Of a DNA stretch of 64,000 bases, positions 28,518 to 38,825 are shown piece after piece. Where the stretch lies: IMG/VR virus record IMGVR_UViG_3300043811_000226; one strand, written 5' to 3'. The stretch comes from a virus. A program made the translations under genes and the position numbers. The notes below the pieces were generated by a model. The model saw only the letters and a program-made list of their open reading frames with translations, did not search any database and was not told the DNA's origin. The stretch's first letter is position 1. Every line of letters begins with the position of its first letter.

Positions 28518-30580
28518 CCACCAGCGCGGCGCGCGGGCAGCTGTTCTGGCTGAGGGCGCATATCGACGGCGTTGGCGGTGCTCTTGCCACCAGCCTGCGT
28601 TGCAGGAGCTGCGCCCATCGCGGTCAGCATCTGCTCGACGAGGTCGGCAAGGTCGGGACTCTGAAGGCGCAGGTTCTGCAGGGCGATGGTCTTCTGCTTG
28701 TCCGGCATCTGCGCAATCATGTGCGCCTGCGCCTGGGCGAACGACGGGAGGTCGACGTTCAGGCCACTCGAGGGCGTCATCTTCTGGTTGCCCTTCAGCT
28801 GACTCGCGACGTTCGACAGGAAGTCCTGCGGGCCGTTGCTGTTCGCAGGTTGCCCTGCTGGAAGTTGCGGTGCGGGCTGCGCGGTTTCTAGCTGTTGCTG
28901 CTCATCAGGTACCACACCTGCGGCTGCCATCTCACCGCCAGGTACTCCTCCGCCTGCTGCGTCGGGTCCACCGGGTTCGCCTGGCGCGTTCGGCGCACCC
29001 TGCGCTGCCATCATCGCTTCCTGGGCCTTGGCCTGGAACTTCATCATGACGAGCTGCGCTTCGCCCTGGATCTCGGCTATCGCGAGCTGCTGCTTCTTGG
29101 TCGCCTCGAGACGCGCATCGGTCTCGCGGATCATGATCTGGTTCTCCTCATCCTGCGAGAGGTCGCTATCGGCGAGGAGCGTCGTGTCCGAGACCTTGTT
29201 CGACTGGTTCAACTGGAAGAGGTAGGCCTTACGCTGCAGGTCGTCGGCCATCTTGAACGGCTTGAAGCGGATCTGCGCCTCAGGCCACCCGAGATATGCA
29301 GCCACCTGCTTCATCACGAACTTGGCCAGCGCCTTGTGTCTCAGGATGTACCCGAGGAACATGTTCTCCATCATGCGCATGGAGACGTTGGTGCCCGCGT
29401 AGCTCATGCCGCCAAGCAGAAACTCGCGTGGCACGCCCATGCCTGTCATGATCTGCTCGGACCATGCCTGAATTTCGGCCGTGAGGAGAAGCGCGCGCCC
29501 ATCCCCACCAATGGTCTGGTTGCCCATCGGAAGCGGCAGAATGGGGATATAGTTGTTGTCGTAGCGCCAGCGCGCAATCTCGGCGGCGATCTGATCACGC
29601 CAGTCGACGAGGTTGATGGTCGTGTACGGATCCGAGCTCCCGCTGCCTGCCTGCGGGAAGAGCACCCGAAGGGGCACGATGTGCTCTAGCAGGATGGCCT
29701 CCTGCGCCTTCTTCATCACTTGCAGGTAGAACGTGTCCTTGAGCACTGGCAAAAGGAGCGGCGTTCCCCATCCGCGGTCCTGCGTCGCCAGCGTCGGCCG
29801 GCGCATGTGGAAGAAGTTGTCCTTCGAGAAGATGACGCCCTTCTGCTCCTGCATGGCCTGGATGAAGACCTGCGGTACGCCCTCGACCACGTCCTTGCGC
29901 CCGATGACGATGTCATTCCGTACGGTCGAGGGGATGGTGTAGAAGTACGTGTACTCTCCCGAGATGTCGTTGTACGTGATCTCGATGTCCTCCGGGTTCC
30001 ACCGGATGGTTTTGATGCCGCTCGCGTTCTTGTAGTAGAAGTCCTTCGCGAGCGCGTCGCCGACGTACCGGCACTTCGGGCACGTCATGCGGAACTGGAA
30101 GCTCGTGAAGATCCAGTTGGCTCGGATCTTCGCGGCTTCGTCGCGGAAGTCGCAGTTCTTGCAGTAGAGGTACTTCTTGAACGGGAAGCCGAGGCTCACA
30201 CACCCGTTGCCGTACGCGTGGTAGTCGAGACCGCACTCTATCTGAAACGCCCGGTAGCGAAGGTGGTCCTGGAAGTACTCCGTCCACCGTTTCTTCACCT
30301 CAGGGCTCTCGTGGTCGATGATGATGTCGGTGACGGGATACTCCGAGAGCTTGAAGACCGTCGCGTTGATGAGCGGGTTGGTGAGAAAGTAGTACCGGCA
30401 CCACTTGAACAGTTGCTTGACCGTGACGGGCAGGTACGTGTGTGCAACGTCGAAGAAAGGGCTCGGGTAGTTGACCCCTTGCACCGGTGAGCCCTGAATG
30501 CGTCCTCGCGTTGCGGCGAACCGCAGACCGCTCGCCGGCCCGGTCGCAACACCCATTCCGCCGCCGCCGATGAAACTCAT
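28514..30580 (-). CDS. Portal protein (putative) with Zn-ribbon insertion and Q/P/A-rich tail
   Basis: Portal-like segments NPLINATVFKL, YHAYGNG, WNPEDIE, FHMRRP..GWGTPLL and GVPREFL. Confidence 0.7.
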   Translation of the reverse strand: MSFIGGGGMGVATGPASGLRFAATRGRIQGSPVQGVNYPSPFFDVAHTYLPVTVKQLFKWCRYYFLTNPLINATVFKLSEYPVTDIIIDHESPEVKKRWTEYFQDHLRYRAFQIECGLDYHAYGNGCVSLGFPFKKYLYCKNCDFRDEAAKIRANWIFTSFQFRMTCPKCRYVGDALAKDFYYKNASGIKTIRWNPEDIEITYNDISGEYTYFYTIPSTVRNDIVIGRKDVVEGVPQVFIQAMQEQKGVIFSKDNFFHMRRPTLATQDRGWGTPLLLPVLKDTFYLQVMKKAQEAILLEHIVPLRVLFPQAGSGSSDPYTTINLVDWRDQIAAEIARWRYDNNYIPILPLPMGNQTIGGDGRALLLTAEIQAWSEQIMTGMGVPREFLLGGMSYAGTNVSMRMMENMFLGYILRHKALAKFVMKQVAAYLGWPEAQIRFKPFKMADDLQRKAYLFQLNQSNKVSDTTLLADSDLSQDEENQIMIRETDARLEATKKQQLAIAEIQGEAQLVMMKFQAKAQEAMMAAQGAPNAPGEPGGPDAAGGGVPGGEMAAAGVVPDEQQQLETAQPAPQLPAGQPANSNGPQDFLSNVASQLKGNQKMTPSSGLNVDLPSFAQAQAHMIAQMPDKQKTIALQNLRLQSPDLADLVEQMLTAMGAAPATQAGGKSTANAVDMRPQPEQLPARRAGG

Positions 30581-31602
30581 CAGATGCCGATCTCCGGCGC
30601 CTGGCCGGCTGCGTTCGGGCTCATGACACGCTCACTGGGCGTGTGCTGCCCTTCCGAAGGCTCGAGGGTGCGCGGTGTCATGCCTGGCGTCGAGAGGTGC
30701 GAGCGAAGCTTGTCCACACCGCGTCCCACGAGTTTCCCTGCCTTGCCGAGTACACCACCCACAATCCCCTGACCTACTACGGGCATCGCACCACCAGCAA
30801 TGCCGCCGACCGCGCGCCCCACTTCTTCCCCTACACGCTCCCCCCTCCCACGTCCCTGGGCATCGACCTCCTGAGGACCAAGAAGCGCCTTGCCTGCAGC
30901 AACCGTGGGAGCGCCGATCATCAGGGCGGAGACTGCTGCGGGTGCATTGGAGATCTGCTCTCTGGCACCTGCCGCCAACACCTTTCCGGCGCCGTGCTCC
31001 TTCACCGACTTCACGTAGCCGGGGATGCTCGTGAGGTTCATGCCAGAACCGACGCCTGTCGCAGCTTCCGAGGCACGCAGGCCCTTCGAGGCCTTCGCCA
31101 CCGCACGCTCGTTCCCACCTGCCAGCGCGCCCTGCAAGTGCTCGCGAGCATCCCACGCACCACCGCGGATACCCTCCAGCTCCTTGGGTGACAACATCCC
31201 AGTCAAGGAGTGAACCTGCCGCTGACCAAAGCGCGCACCGGCGCCGACGGGGCCCCCCATGTTCGTCAGATTCCCTGCAGCCGACGGACGAACGAAGCCG
31301 CTGGCCAGTGCGCCGGCGCCACCTCCAAGAAGCGCCCCTTTCCCCGCACCACGGAGGGCTCCTCCGAGGCCTCCAAGCACCGTGCCGCCTACATCAGCGC
31401 CCTGCTCTTTTGCTTCACGGGCACCGTGCAGAGCTCCCAGACCCGCGCCACCGAGAGCTCCAAGAGTCAACCCGGCACCCCCCAGCGCCCCGAGGCTCTT
31501 CAGGCGAGGCGCGGCCCGTTCAACGAGCGCGTCGAAGCCGGCGGCTTCCTTTCGAAGGCCTTCACGAAACGACTGGAGTACGGGCTCGTCAATGAGAGGC
31601 AT
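30580..31602 (-). CDS. Gly/Ala-rich glycine-zipper virion protein
   Basis: Start moved to MPLIDEP; SFREGLRKEAA near the N-terminus; repeated GxxxG hydrophobic segments. Confidence 0.6.
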   Translation of the reverse strand: MPLIDEPVLQSFREGLRKEAAGFDALVERAAPRLKSLGALGGAGLTLGALGGAGLGALHGAREAKEQGADVGGTVLGGLGGALRGAGKGALLGGGAGALASGFVRPSAAGNLTNMGGPVGAGARFGQRQVHSLTGMLSPKELEGIRGGAWDAREHLQGALAGGNERAVAKASKGLRASEAATGVGSGMNLTSIPGYVKSVKEHGAGKVLAAGAREQISNAPAAVSALMIGAPTVAAGKALLGPQEVDAQGRGRGERVGEEVGRAVGGIAGGAMPVVGQGIVGGVLGKAGKLVGRGVDKLRSHLSTPGMTPRTLEPSEGQHTPSERVMSPNAAGQAPEIGI

Positions 31603-32389
31603 GGAGCTGGAGCTGGCTGTGCAAACGCGCGCGGCTCTCCTCGAGGTACTCGGTTGCAGATAGAAGACGACGTAGCTGCTCGTCGACGGGAGTCTCCCCT
31701 GAAGGAGGTCGACCGCTCGAGCGAACGTCAGGCCACCGTAGAAGAAGGGCGGGACGGTCGATCTCCTCAGGCGTCTCGAGGGCGACGGCATCGAGGGGTG
31801 GCAGAGGCAGGAAGATGCCGTCGTGCTGGTAGACCGCCTGGAAGTAGGCCTTCATCTCGCTCGACCATTCGACATCCGAGCGAATGCGCGCCGCCACGTC
31901 GGCAGCAACCAAGCACTGCGCTACAGAAGGCACGGGCATTGTGGTGAAGTCGGGGAACTCGCCGTTGAAGGGCAGCATGCAAGCAACGAACACCTCCCAG
32001 CGCTGCCAGAACGAGTCGACCAGATGCAACGCCTTGCAGGCCTGCAGCTTAGCGATGGTGAGCTCGCTCACCGATGCCGTCCGGAAGTCGTCCGGGATGC
32101 TGAGTCGCCAAGTGTCGGCCTCCCACCCGAGCCACTCCGGCCCGTAATGGCGAAGCATCAAGAGATCGAGCACGATGGGGTGCGCGTCGGGATGGCGCCA
32201 GAGGTTCTCTGCCGTCACGTGCGACGGCGGCGTCGGTGCAGTAAGGGTGGTCTGCGGCTTGTCCTTGCTCGCGCCCTCGACCACCTCCTGTGAGTCAGCG
32301 TCGAGCGACGGAAGAGGACGCGCGTCGGGCCTGAGGCCGACTGACTTCAGCGCCTCGAGGAACGCCTGCTCGTGGTCCGGTCCCGGCAT
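31589..32389 (-). CDS. Hypothetical protein
   Basis: 266 aa, AGGAG SD. Confidence 0.7.
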   Translation of the reverse strand: MPGPDHEQAFLEALKSVGLRPDARPLPSLDADSQEVVEGASKDKPQTTLTAPTPPSHVTAENLWRHPDAHPIVLDLLMLRHYGPEWLGWEADTWRLSIPDDFRTASVSELTIAKLQACKALHLVDSFWQRWEVFVACMLPFNGEFPDFTTMPVPSVAQCLVAADVAARIRSDVEWSSEMKAYFQAVYQHDGIFLPLPPLDAVALETPEEIDRPALLLRWPDVRSSGRPPSGETPVDEQLRRLLSATEYLEESRARLHSQLQLHASH

Positions 32390-32398
32390 GCCGGACTC

Positions 32399-33886
32399 CT
32401 AGTAGTAAGTGCGCTCGACGCCAGGCTGCGTGCTGTTGGCCATCCGCATCATCATCTTCTTCTGCGCGAGCGGCATGCTCTTGAAGACGCCGACGGGGTT
32501 GGCCAGGAACTTCTCCTGGAAGGCGAGACCGAAGGTGGTCTTGACGCTCGCGGCGCCGACCCGCGCCAGCCGGTGCAGGTCCTCTGCCGTGACCATCTCG
32601 TTGCCGACCACTTCGCTGAAGTCGGGTTCCTCGGCGACTTTCTCGAAGCCGTAGATGGAGTAGAAGGGGTCCGGGATGGTGCGGTCGTAGTGGTGGTCGA
32701 GGCCCGCGACCTTGTCGAACTCGGCGAGCAGCTCGACGACCTGGTGAGGTTCGAACGCTTGCGCCGTCTCGGCGCTCGCCTCCTTCCACATCCTAATGCG
32801 TGCCACCTTCTCGACCTCGCCAAGCAAGGCCAGAGCCTCTTCGTTACCGTCCACCTCGAGCCGGCGCGCGTCGAACGCCGCCTTGATCTCAGCTTCGGGC
32901 GCGAACGAGTCGGCGCCGTACTTGCGCGCGAGGTCACTCACCGGAACGGAGATGACCGCGGCGCGCTTGACGAGATTCGCGGCGTACTCACGACGCATCG
33001 GCGGCGCCATGTGCCTGGAGTATTCGTCAAAGTAAGAGCTTGCCGCCTTCACCTGGGCATAGTTGTCGAGCGGGTACTTCTGCTCCGCGGGCAGCGCAAA
33101 GAGGGAAGCCTTCTTCTCATGGATGACCCGAGGCGGCTCCTTGTTCGAGACGTCGACTGTCGGGTTCATGTGCTTGGCTTGCGGGTGGCTGGCAGGCTGC
33201 TCGTGGGTCGGCGGGCGCACCACATCAGGAGGCACTTCCTTATCCCCCTTCGAAGCGCCAACGAGGCGACCAATAGCCGCGGTCTTGTTCACCACAGTCT
33301 TGGACGTGGAGGGCTTGGTGATCGAGGCCGTTGACTGGTTCGGCATGAGGTCGGTGCCGCTCACCTCGGCGGATTTGCCGAGGTACTGGTTGGTCATCGA
33401 CGGAGTCACGACGCCCACGCCGGCATTCGAGAGGTCTCGGTGCGCTGCGAGGTTCTCCTTGATGGCCTGGTGCGTCCCCTTGGCGATGGGGATGGCAGAG
33501 AGGGCCGTCATGGCACCCTGCATTCCGATGGCCACCTTCTCGAGAGGCTCAGGGACGACGAGGTCGTACCAGCCACAAGCCACCTTGAGGTTCTCGGCGG
33601 TCTGCTGCTGAGCCTCGAGGGGCAACTTGTGCGCATTCTTCAGGAAGTACTGCACCGCGAGGATGGTGTTGCCTTTGTCGACGCACGCGTACTTACGGAG
33701 CTTCTCGCCGTTGTTGACGAGCACGAGGGCGAAGTCGTCGTCAGGTAGCTTCACGCGGTCATCGGGAGAGATGGCCTGCGCGGTCTTCACCGACTCCGGA
33801 ACGCCGGAGAAGTCCGGGTAGATCTCGCGAAGCACATGCCCGCCAAAGTCGTCGTAGACGTCGAGAACCAGGCCACTGGTGCGCAT
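32399..33886 (-). CDS. K-x-A-rich virion protein
   Basis: About 14 K-x-A motifs; start moved to ATG 33886 (leaderless candidate). Confidence 0.65.
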   Translation of the reverse strand: MRTSGLVLDVYDDFGGHVLREIYPDFSGVPESVKTAQAISPDDRVKLPDDDFALVLVNNGEKLRKYACVDKGNTILAVQYFLKNAHKLPLEAQQQTAENLKVACGWYDLVVPEPLEKVAIGMQGAMTALSAIPIAKGTHQAIKENLAAHRDLSNAGVGVVTPSMTNQYLGKSAEVSGTDLMPNQSTASITKPSTSKTVVNKTAAIGRLVGASKGDKEVPPDVVRPPTHEQPASHPQAKHMNPTVDVSNKEPPRVIHEKKASLFALPAEQKYPLDNYAQVKAASSYFDEYSRHMAPPMRREYAANLVKRAAVISVPVSDLARKYGADSFAPEAEIKAAFDARRLEVDGNEEALALLGEVEKVARIRMWKEASAETAQAFEPHQVVELLAEFDKVAGLDHHYDRTIPDPFYSIYGFEKVAEEPDFSEVVGNEMVTAEDLHRLARVGAASVKTTFGLAFQEKFLANPVGVFKSMPLAQKKMMMRMANSTQPGVERTYY

Positions 33887-33892
33887 GCCGAC

Positions 33893-33898
33893 ATAGTA
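33893..33898 (-). promoter_or_regulatory. TACTAT -10-like hexamer, 6 nt before ATG (leaderless candidate)
   Basis: GGTG TACTAT GTCGGC ATG; no SD. Confidence 0.5.
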
Positions 33899-33949
33899 CA
33901 CCGCTCAGCTTGCGACCCGCTACCCCAGAACAATCACAACGCGAAGGGC

Positions 33950-33957
33950 GGCATAAG
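33950..33957 (+). promoter_or_regulatory. GGCATAAG candidate promoter element
   Basis: 38 nt before ATG 33996. Confidence 0.55.
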
Positions 33958-33995
33958 GACGATGGACAGCTAGGCGACTAGCTCAGGAGGACAGC

Positions 33996-34613
33996 ATGGT
34001 CATGCCGACGAATGTCAGAAGAGAAGACCTACCCGGATGCTTCGGGAAGGACTGGGATGCCGGCGCCGCAGAGTGCGCAGGCGGTGCTGACGCCGGCTAC
34101 GTTCATCCAACTACAAAACAAAACGTACGCGACAGGTGCAACTACTTCAGTTCCTGCGGCGCCCGGACACAAGCAAGCAAACAAGCAGCAGGGAGCACGG
34201 TCATCCCACCGAGTCATCTCGTAAGGCCGCCGGTGGTCACGCCGCCGCCGGCCGAGACGTTCGCGGACTACTTGCGGAAGAGAAACTCCGAGTATGCGGA
34301 GTCGATGCGGCAAGCCGCGTTCACACAGCAACAACCGCAGCCAGGAGTCGTGCCGAGAACCGTCCCCGTCGTGGGTCAGCCACAACCGCAACCACAGGTC
34401 GTAGTGGCGCACCACCCAGGGCAGGTCTATCACCTGAACTACACAATGCCGGGGTATCTCTCGACGCCCGAAGAGAGGTTCCCGGGAGAGAGCCTGGGAG
34501 CAGTACTGCTGCGAGAGCTCATTCGGTCGGTTCTGAAAGCAGCGGGCCACGCCATCGCACACTTCTTCGATTCCCGGAGGATCAAGGAGAAGAATGGACC
34601 TTCTAATCCGTAA
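33996..34613 (+). CDS. Hypothetical protein with N-terminal 4-Cys cluster and P/Q/V-rich linker
   Basis: CFG...EC...RC...SC; AGGAGG SD. Confidence 0.7.
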   Translation: MVMPTNVRREDLPGCFGKDWDAGAAECAGGADAGYVHPTTKQNVRDRCNYFSSCGARTQASKQAAGSTVIPPSHLVRPPVVTPPPAETFADYLRKRNSEYAESMRQAAFTQQQPQPGVVPRTVPVVGQPQPQPQVVVAHHPGQVYHLNYTMPGYLSTPEERFPGESLGAVLLRELIRSVLKAAGHAIAHFFDSRRIKEKNGPSNP

Positions 34614-36369
34614 GCCGGACACCGGCTACCTCGACAGCATGCTCTGGGTGCCGAAGTCGGCCATCAACGTGGAAGGAACCAAGCGCGCGCTGACCTTCCA
34701 GTTCTTCGAGCAGAAGAAGATGGTAGTGCTCTGCCTCTACAAGGAGACAGGGCATCACCTTCTAGTGCCGCGGGAGTTCTGGAAGCCGAGCGACTTCCAG
34801 TTCTCGGTCATCGACTGCAGGCCGCGGCTGTACGAGAAGGTCGACATCCACAGCCGCATACAGCTCGACCACACGCTAGAAAACGGCGTGCTGGTACCTA
34901 CAGGAGAGAGCGTGCAGCAGGAGGCCCTCGGGTCCCTGCTGCGCTCTCGCGGTGGCATCCTTCAACTCGCCTGCGGCAAAGGCAAGACCGTCGTCGCACT
35001 CGAGTACATCGCCCGACGTGGCGTTCCAACCATCATCATCCTGGACACAACCCAGCTGATGAAGCAGTGGAAGGAGGCCATCGAGCAGTTCCTCGATGTG
35101 CCGGGAGGCGTAGGCCTCATCCAAGGACCCAAGAGGGACTGGAAGAAGTCCATCGTTCTGGCGACGTACCACTCACTCGCAGAGTGGGCGCCCACAATGC
35201 CCGAAGAAGTGCGCCGATGGTTCGGCGTAGCGGTGTGGGACGAAGCGCATCACGTCGCGGCTCCAAAGTTCTCACGAACCGCCGATCTTTTTTACGGTGC
35301 GCGGATAGGGCTCACCGCCACCCCCGACCGAGACGACGGCATGCACGTCGTCTACAACTTCCACCTGGGGCCCGTCTTCTACAAGAACCTCGATCAGGAC
35401 TTGAAGCCGCGCATCTACTTCGTCTGGACTGGTGTCGGCCTCAACATGGAAGATCCCCACGTGCAGCTGGCGGTCAACGACGTAAACGGGGAGCTGCACA
35501 TCGGCAAGGTGGCGAGCCACCTCGGTGCGCAGCCCTCCCGCGTCGACTTCGTTCTGGACCAGGTGCGACAGGCCATCGCCAACGACCGCAAGGTCATTGT
35601 TCTCTCCAAGAGCGTCGACGCGCTAGTGAACATGCTGGCCGGGTGGAACAACTACTCCCACCTCATCACTGACATCCCCTTCCCAGCAGCGTCGGACGTA
35701 GGGGAGACAGTGCCTCCTATCGAGCTCTCCGACGCCCAAATCGCGAAGCTTCTACGCGAATACCACATTACCCAAGCCAACCTGCTCAAGATGCCGTCCA
35801 ACTTCCAGGCGGAGCAGGCCAAACTGGCGCTCATCCAGCAGGCGCTCGAGGGGCACCGCGTGTACAAGAAGTGCGAGTCTTTGTGGAACAAGACCCGTGC
35901 GGACTACTTGAAGGACCTCCTGGCGGTGGGAGGTACCGCAGGGCTGATGATCCACAAAGTGGACGCGGACGAGCGAACTAGGATGCTGCGCTCGTGCCAG
36001 GTCACCTTCGCCATCGCGAAGTACGGTCGAGAGGGTCTGGATGAACCCAACCTCGACACCATCATCGTCAACGAGCCGCTCTCCAGCAAAAACTCGCTGC
36101 AGCAACTTCTCGGTCGCATCCTGAGGCGAAGGCGGGGTAAGAAGGAGCCTGTCGCCGTCTTCCTCGAGGACAACATCGGGCCGTTCATTGGCATGTGCCA
36201 GAAGCTCCGGCGTCACCTGACAGAGTGGTCCCACGACGAAGGTGGACCCTTCGAGTACGAGAACATCGGGCACACAACCATCTCACGTAGAAAGAGTCCC
36301 TCATGGAAAACCACGACGAGCAGCACGTTCACGAACAGGACGACCACGATTCGGGCACCTGGGTCCTGA
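34594..36369 (+). CDS. Superfamily 2 helicase (UvsW/DExH-like)
   Basis: ACGKGKT, DEAH, TAT, EGLDEPNLD, QLLGRILR. Confidence 0.9.
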   Translation: MDLLIRKPDTGYLDSMLWVPKSAINVEGTKRALTFQFFEQKKMVVLCLYKETGHHLLVPREFWKPSDFQFSVIDCRPRLYEKVDIHSRIQLDHTLENGVLVPTGESVQQEALGSLLRSRGGILQLACGKGKTVVALEYIARRGVPTIIILDTTQLMKQWKEAIEQFLDVPGGVGLIQGPKRDWKKSIVLATYHSLAEWAPTMPEEVRRWFGVAVWDEAHHVAAPKFSRTADLFYGARIGLTATPDRDDGMHVVYNFHLGPVFYKNLDQDLKPRIYFVWTGVGLNMEDPHVQLAVNDVNGELHIGKVASHLGAQPSRVDFVLDQVRQAIANDRKVIVLSKSVDALVNMLAGWNNYSHLITDIPFPAASDVGETVPPIELSDAQIAKLLREYHITQANLLKMPSNFQAEQAKLALIQQALEGHRVYKKCESLWNKTRADYLKDLLAVGGTAGLMIHKVDADERTRMLRSCQVTFAIAKYGREGLDEPNLDTIIVNEPLSSKNSLQQLLGRILRRRRGKKEPVAVFLEDNIGPFIGMCQKLRRHLTEWSHDEGGPFEYENIGHTTISRRKSPSWKTTTSSTFTNRTTTIRAPGS

Positions 36370-36848
36370 TTACGACGGGTCCGGGACGCGTCATCGGACT
36401 GGTGTGGGGCCTGAACATGATGCCCATCAGTGAGCTCTACGACAGCAGTAACGTCAAGGAGGTGCCCGTCGCGGACGTGGTGCGCGCGGACATCGTCACA
36501 CTGATGCCGACCTATGACTTCTTCGCGCCTCTACGGCAAGTGCAAGCGCAAGGTCCCGACGGGAAACCAATGATGGGCATGACGCGAGACCCGCTCATCA
36601 CAGCGCGCGACTTCACAAGCAAGCCATACAAGACCCACATCAAGAACGGACCGGGCGTCTTGTTCGACTTCTTCAGCCAGATGGACGCCGAGGATCGAAA
36701 GATCTACCGGGGCTTCGTTGCGCAAGCGCGTGAGCACGCGAAGGACAAGTACGATCAGATGACAAAGGCACAGAACGGTCCGCGCGTGGAACTCGCAGAT
36801 GCCTCTGCTCTCTCCGCCATCGCACGTGCCCATGGACGTCGCGGTTAG
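36303..36848 (+). CDS. Hypothetical protein
   Basis: 181 aa, native codon usage. Confidence 0.65.
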   Translation: MENHDEQHVHEQDDHDSGTWVLITTGPGRVIGLVWGLNMMPISELYDSSNVKEVPVADVVRADIVTLMPTYDFFAPLRQVQAQGPDGKPMMGMTRDPLITARDFTSKPYKTHIKNGPGVLFDFFSQMDAEDRKIYRGFVAQAREHAKDKYDQMTKAQNGPRVELADASALSAIARAHGRRG

Positions 36849-37719
36849 ACCTGACGCACGAAAGACACTTCCGGAGCTGCGTGAGGAATGGCGCAGCTGC
36901 GTGAAGTGCACGCTGGGGGAACGCCGACTCAATGTCGGGGGGCAGTTTGTCTTCGGCCAGGGCGTGACCAACAGCATCATGCTCATCGGAGAAGGTCCGG
37001 GAGTAGAAGAAGAACAGGAAGGCACGCCGTTCGTCGGAAAGAGTGGCACGCTGCTGCGTCGCATCCTCGAACGTATCGGGATGGATGAGGTCTACATCAC
37101 CAACCTCGTGGCGTGCCGCTCGTGCGTCCCGCAGGTAGACGGCTCAGGGCAGCCCGTCTTCCGAAAGAATTACCAGACCAAGCAGATGGAGCCGGCGTAC
37201 AAAGACGAGCCTCCTACACCGCCGGAGTACCTCGCTTGTGCACCTCGTCTCTACGAGGAGATTTATCTCGTCGACCCCATCGTTATCGTCGGGCTCGGCG
37301 GCAAAGCCTGCGAGGCGCTGCTCGGCAAACCTATCACCATCACAAGGGATCGCGGCGACACGCACCAGATCTCCATTCCCGGGGCGAGCTTCACACCCAA
37401 CCTGACCGATAAGAAGCAGGAGTGGGCCCGCAAGACCAAGCAGGGACTGGTAACGCCGACGAACCAGAACCTCGTCAGGTACCACTTCATACCGACATTG
37501 CACCCGGCCTACGTCATCCGCAAACTGGAAGACCAATCGCCCGACAGTCCGTTCCGACAGCTCGTCAGTGACCTGCGAAAAGCACTGAAGACCTACGAGA
37601 CGTACCGCGAGCTGGTCTACGGCATCGTGCCGACCCAGCGCGCGGACGATGGAAGCGATAGCGCCGACCAGGCGCTACACAGCCAGCTTCGAAGCGAAGA
37701 CGAAGGACAACAGGAGTAG
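36832..37719 (+). CDS. udg: Uracil-DNA glycosylase, family 4 (Fe-S)
   Basis: CVKC, IGEGPG, PFVGKSG, ITNLVACR, LHPAY; four cluster Cys. Start moved to MDVAV. Confidence 0.9.
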   Translation: MDVAVRPDARKTLPELREEWRSCVKCTLGERRLNVGGQFVFGQGVTNSIMLIGEGPGVEEEQEGTPFVGKSGTLLRRILERIGMDEVYITNLVACRSCVPQVDGSGQPVFRKNYQTKQMEPAYKDEPPTPPEYLACAPRLYEEIYLVDPIVIVGLGGKACEALLGKPITITRDRGDTHQISIPGASFTPNLTDKKQEWARKTKQGLVTPTNQNLVRYHFIPTLHPAYVIRKLEDQSPDSPFRQLVSDLRKALKTYETYRELVYGIVPTQRADDGSDSADQALHSQLRSEDEGQQE

Positions 37720-37721
37720 CC

Positions 37722-38159
37722 ATGCAGAAAAAGACAGCGCCGCGCAGAGAGCCGGTGGAAGTACCCGAAGTCGTCGAGTTCCTCGACGCGCAGGACGCTA
37801 TCCAGGCCTTCAAAACCGAACACGCAGAAGTGTTCGACCAACTGGCGCAGCTCGTCGAACGCTACAACACCGCGCTCGAACAGGCAGACAAGGCCTGTCG
37901 CTCTAAGGAGGTCAGCTGCGGACCGTTCGATCTCTACCAGTTCACGACCAAGTACAACGCCGAGGCGCTCTTCAACGCCGTCGGCCGGGACAACTTCCTG
38001 ACAATGGGAGGGAAGATGGAGACCATCACGCAGTTCTCCGTCGACCGAGGTCGCCTCGAAGCCTGCATCGCGCAAGGCAAGCTCCCCAACGACGTCGTCG
38101 AGCACGTGCGCAAGGAGACCCCGAACTTCCACAAGCCCGATCCGCTGGTGGTGCCGTGA
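37722..38159 (+). CDS. Hypothetical protein
   Basis: 145 aa, AGGAG SD. Confidence 0.7.
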   Translation: MQKKTAPRREPVEVPEVVEFLDAQDAIQAFKTEHAEVFDQLAQLVERYNTALEQADKACRSKEVSCGPFDLYQFTTKYNAEALFNAVGRDNFLTMGGKMETITQFSVDRGRLEACIAQGKLPNDVVEHVRKETPNFHKPDPLVVP

Positions 38160-38443
38160 GCTCTGCGCGCGTAGAAACGGAAGACGCCAACGGTGACAAG
38201 CGCGTGCTCAAGAAAGAGACGAGCCCTCCCATGGACTTCTGGAATCCCGGTCCGCACCCACACGCCCGTGTCGGTATGCAGGTCGGCACGCAACAGAACT
38301 TTGGCGAGGTCAAGATCACGGCCTACGTCGAGATGGAGTGCAACCAGGACGCCAAGTCCATCGACGAAGCAGGTCTGGCCGCGTTCACCAAGGCCGTCGA
38401 GTTCATGAACGACGGCCTATCGCTGCTCGCAGCAGGAAAGTAG
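38156..38443 (+). CDS. Hypothetical protein
   Basis: 95 aa, GTGA overlap. Confidence 0.65.
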   Translation: MSSARVETEDANGDKRVLKKETSPPMDFWNPGPHPHARVGMQVGTQQNFGEVKITAYVEMECNQDAKSIDEAGLAAFTKAVEFMNDGLSLLAAGK

Positions 38444-38450
38444 AAGTCAC

Positions 38451-38783
38451 ATGATTCGAGGCAACGCGCGGTTCGACGGTGTGGCTGTGCTCGAGGGAAG
38501 CTTCAGCTTCCTCGGAGCAAGCAACGGTCTCGAAGGAAAGGCCGCCTTCGTGAACTCAAAGACCGGAGACACGCACGGCTGGACCACGAACAAACAGTGG
38601 TCGCCTCAAGTGCTTGAAAAGCTGAAGGAGCTTCGGGCGCTGATGGAGGTTGACCTAGGTCAGCTCCACCTCGAAGGAGGCGGGGAGGTGCTCGTAGCCC
38701 CCACGGGAGCGGGCACCGTGCTCTCTGAAAGCAGGGGTACGGGGGGTCTAGGGGAGCACTTGGAACGCGTGCCCTCGGTCTGA
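38451..38783 (+). CDS. Hypothetical protein
   Basis: 110 aa. Confidence 0.65.
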   Translation: MIRGNARFDGVAVLEGSFSFLGASNGLEGKAAFVNSKTGDTHGWTTNKQWSPQVLEKLKELRALMEVDLGQLHLEGGGEVLVAPTGAGTVLSESRGTGGLGEHLERVPSV

Positions 38784-38796
38784 CCCACCACAACAT

Positions 38797-38825
38797 CTTG
38801 GGGGCTTTTTCCTCCTACCCCCAAG
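38797..38825 (+). other. Short inverted repeat (possible terminator)
   Basis: CTTGGGGG-13 nt-CCCCCAAG just after a stop codon. Confidence 0.4.
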
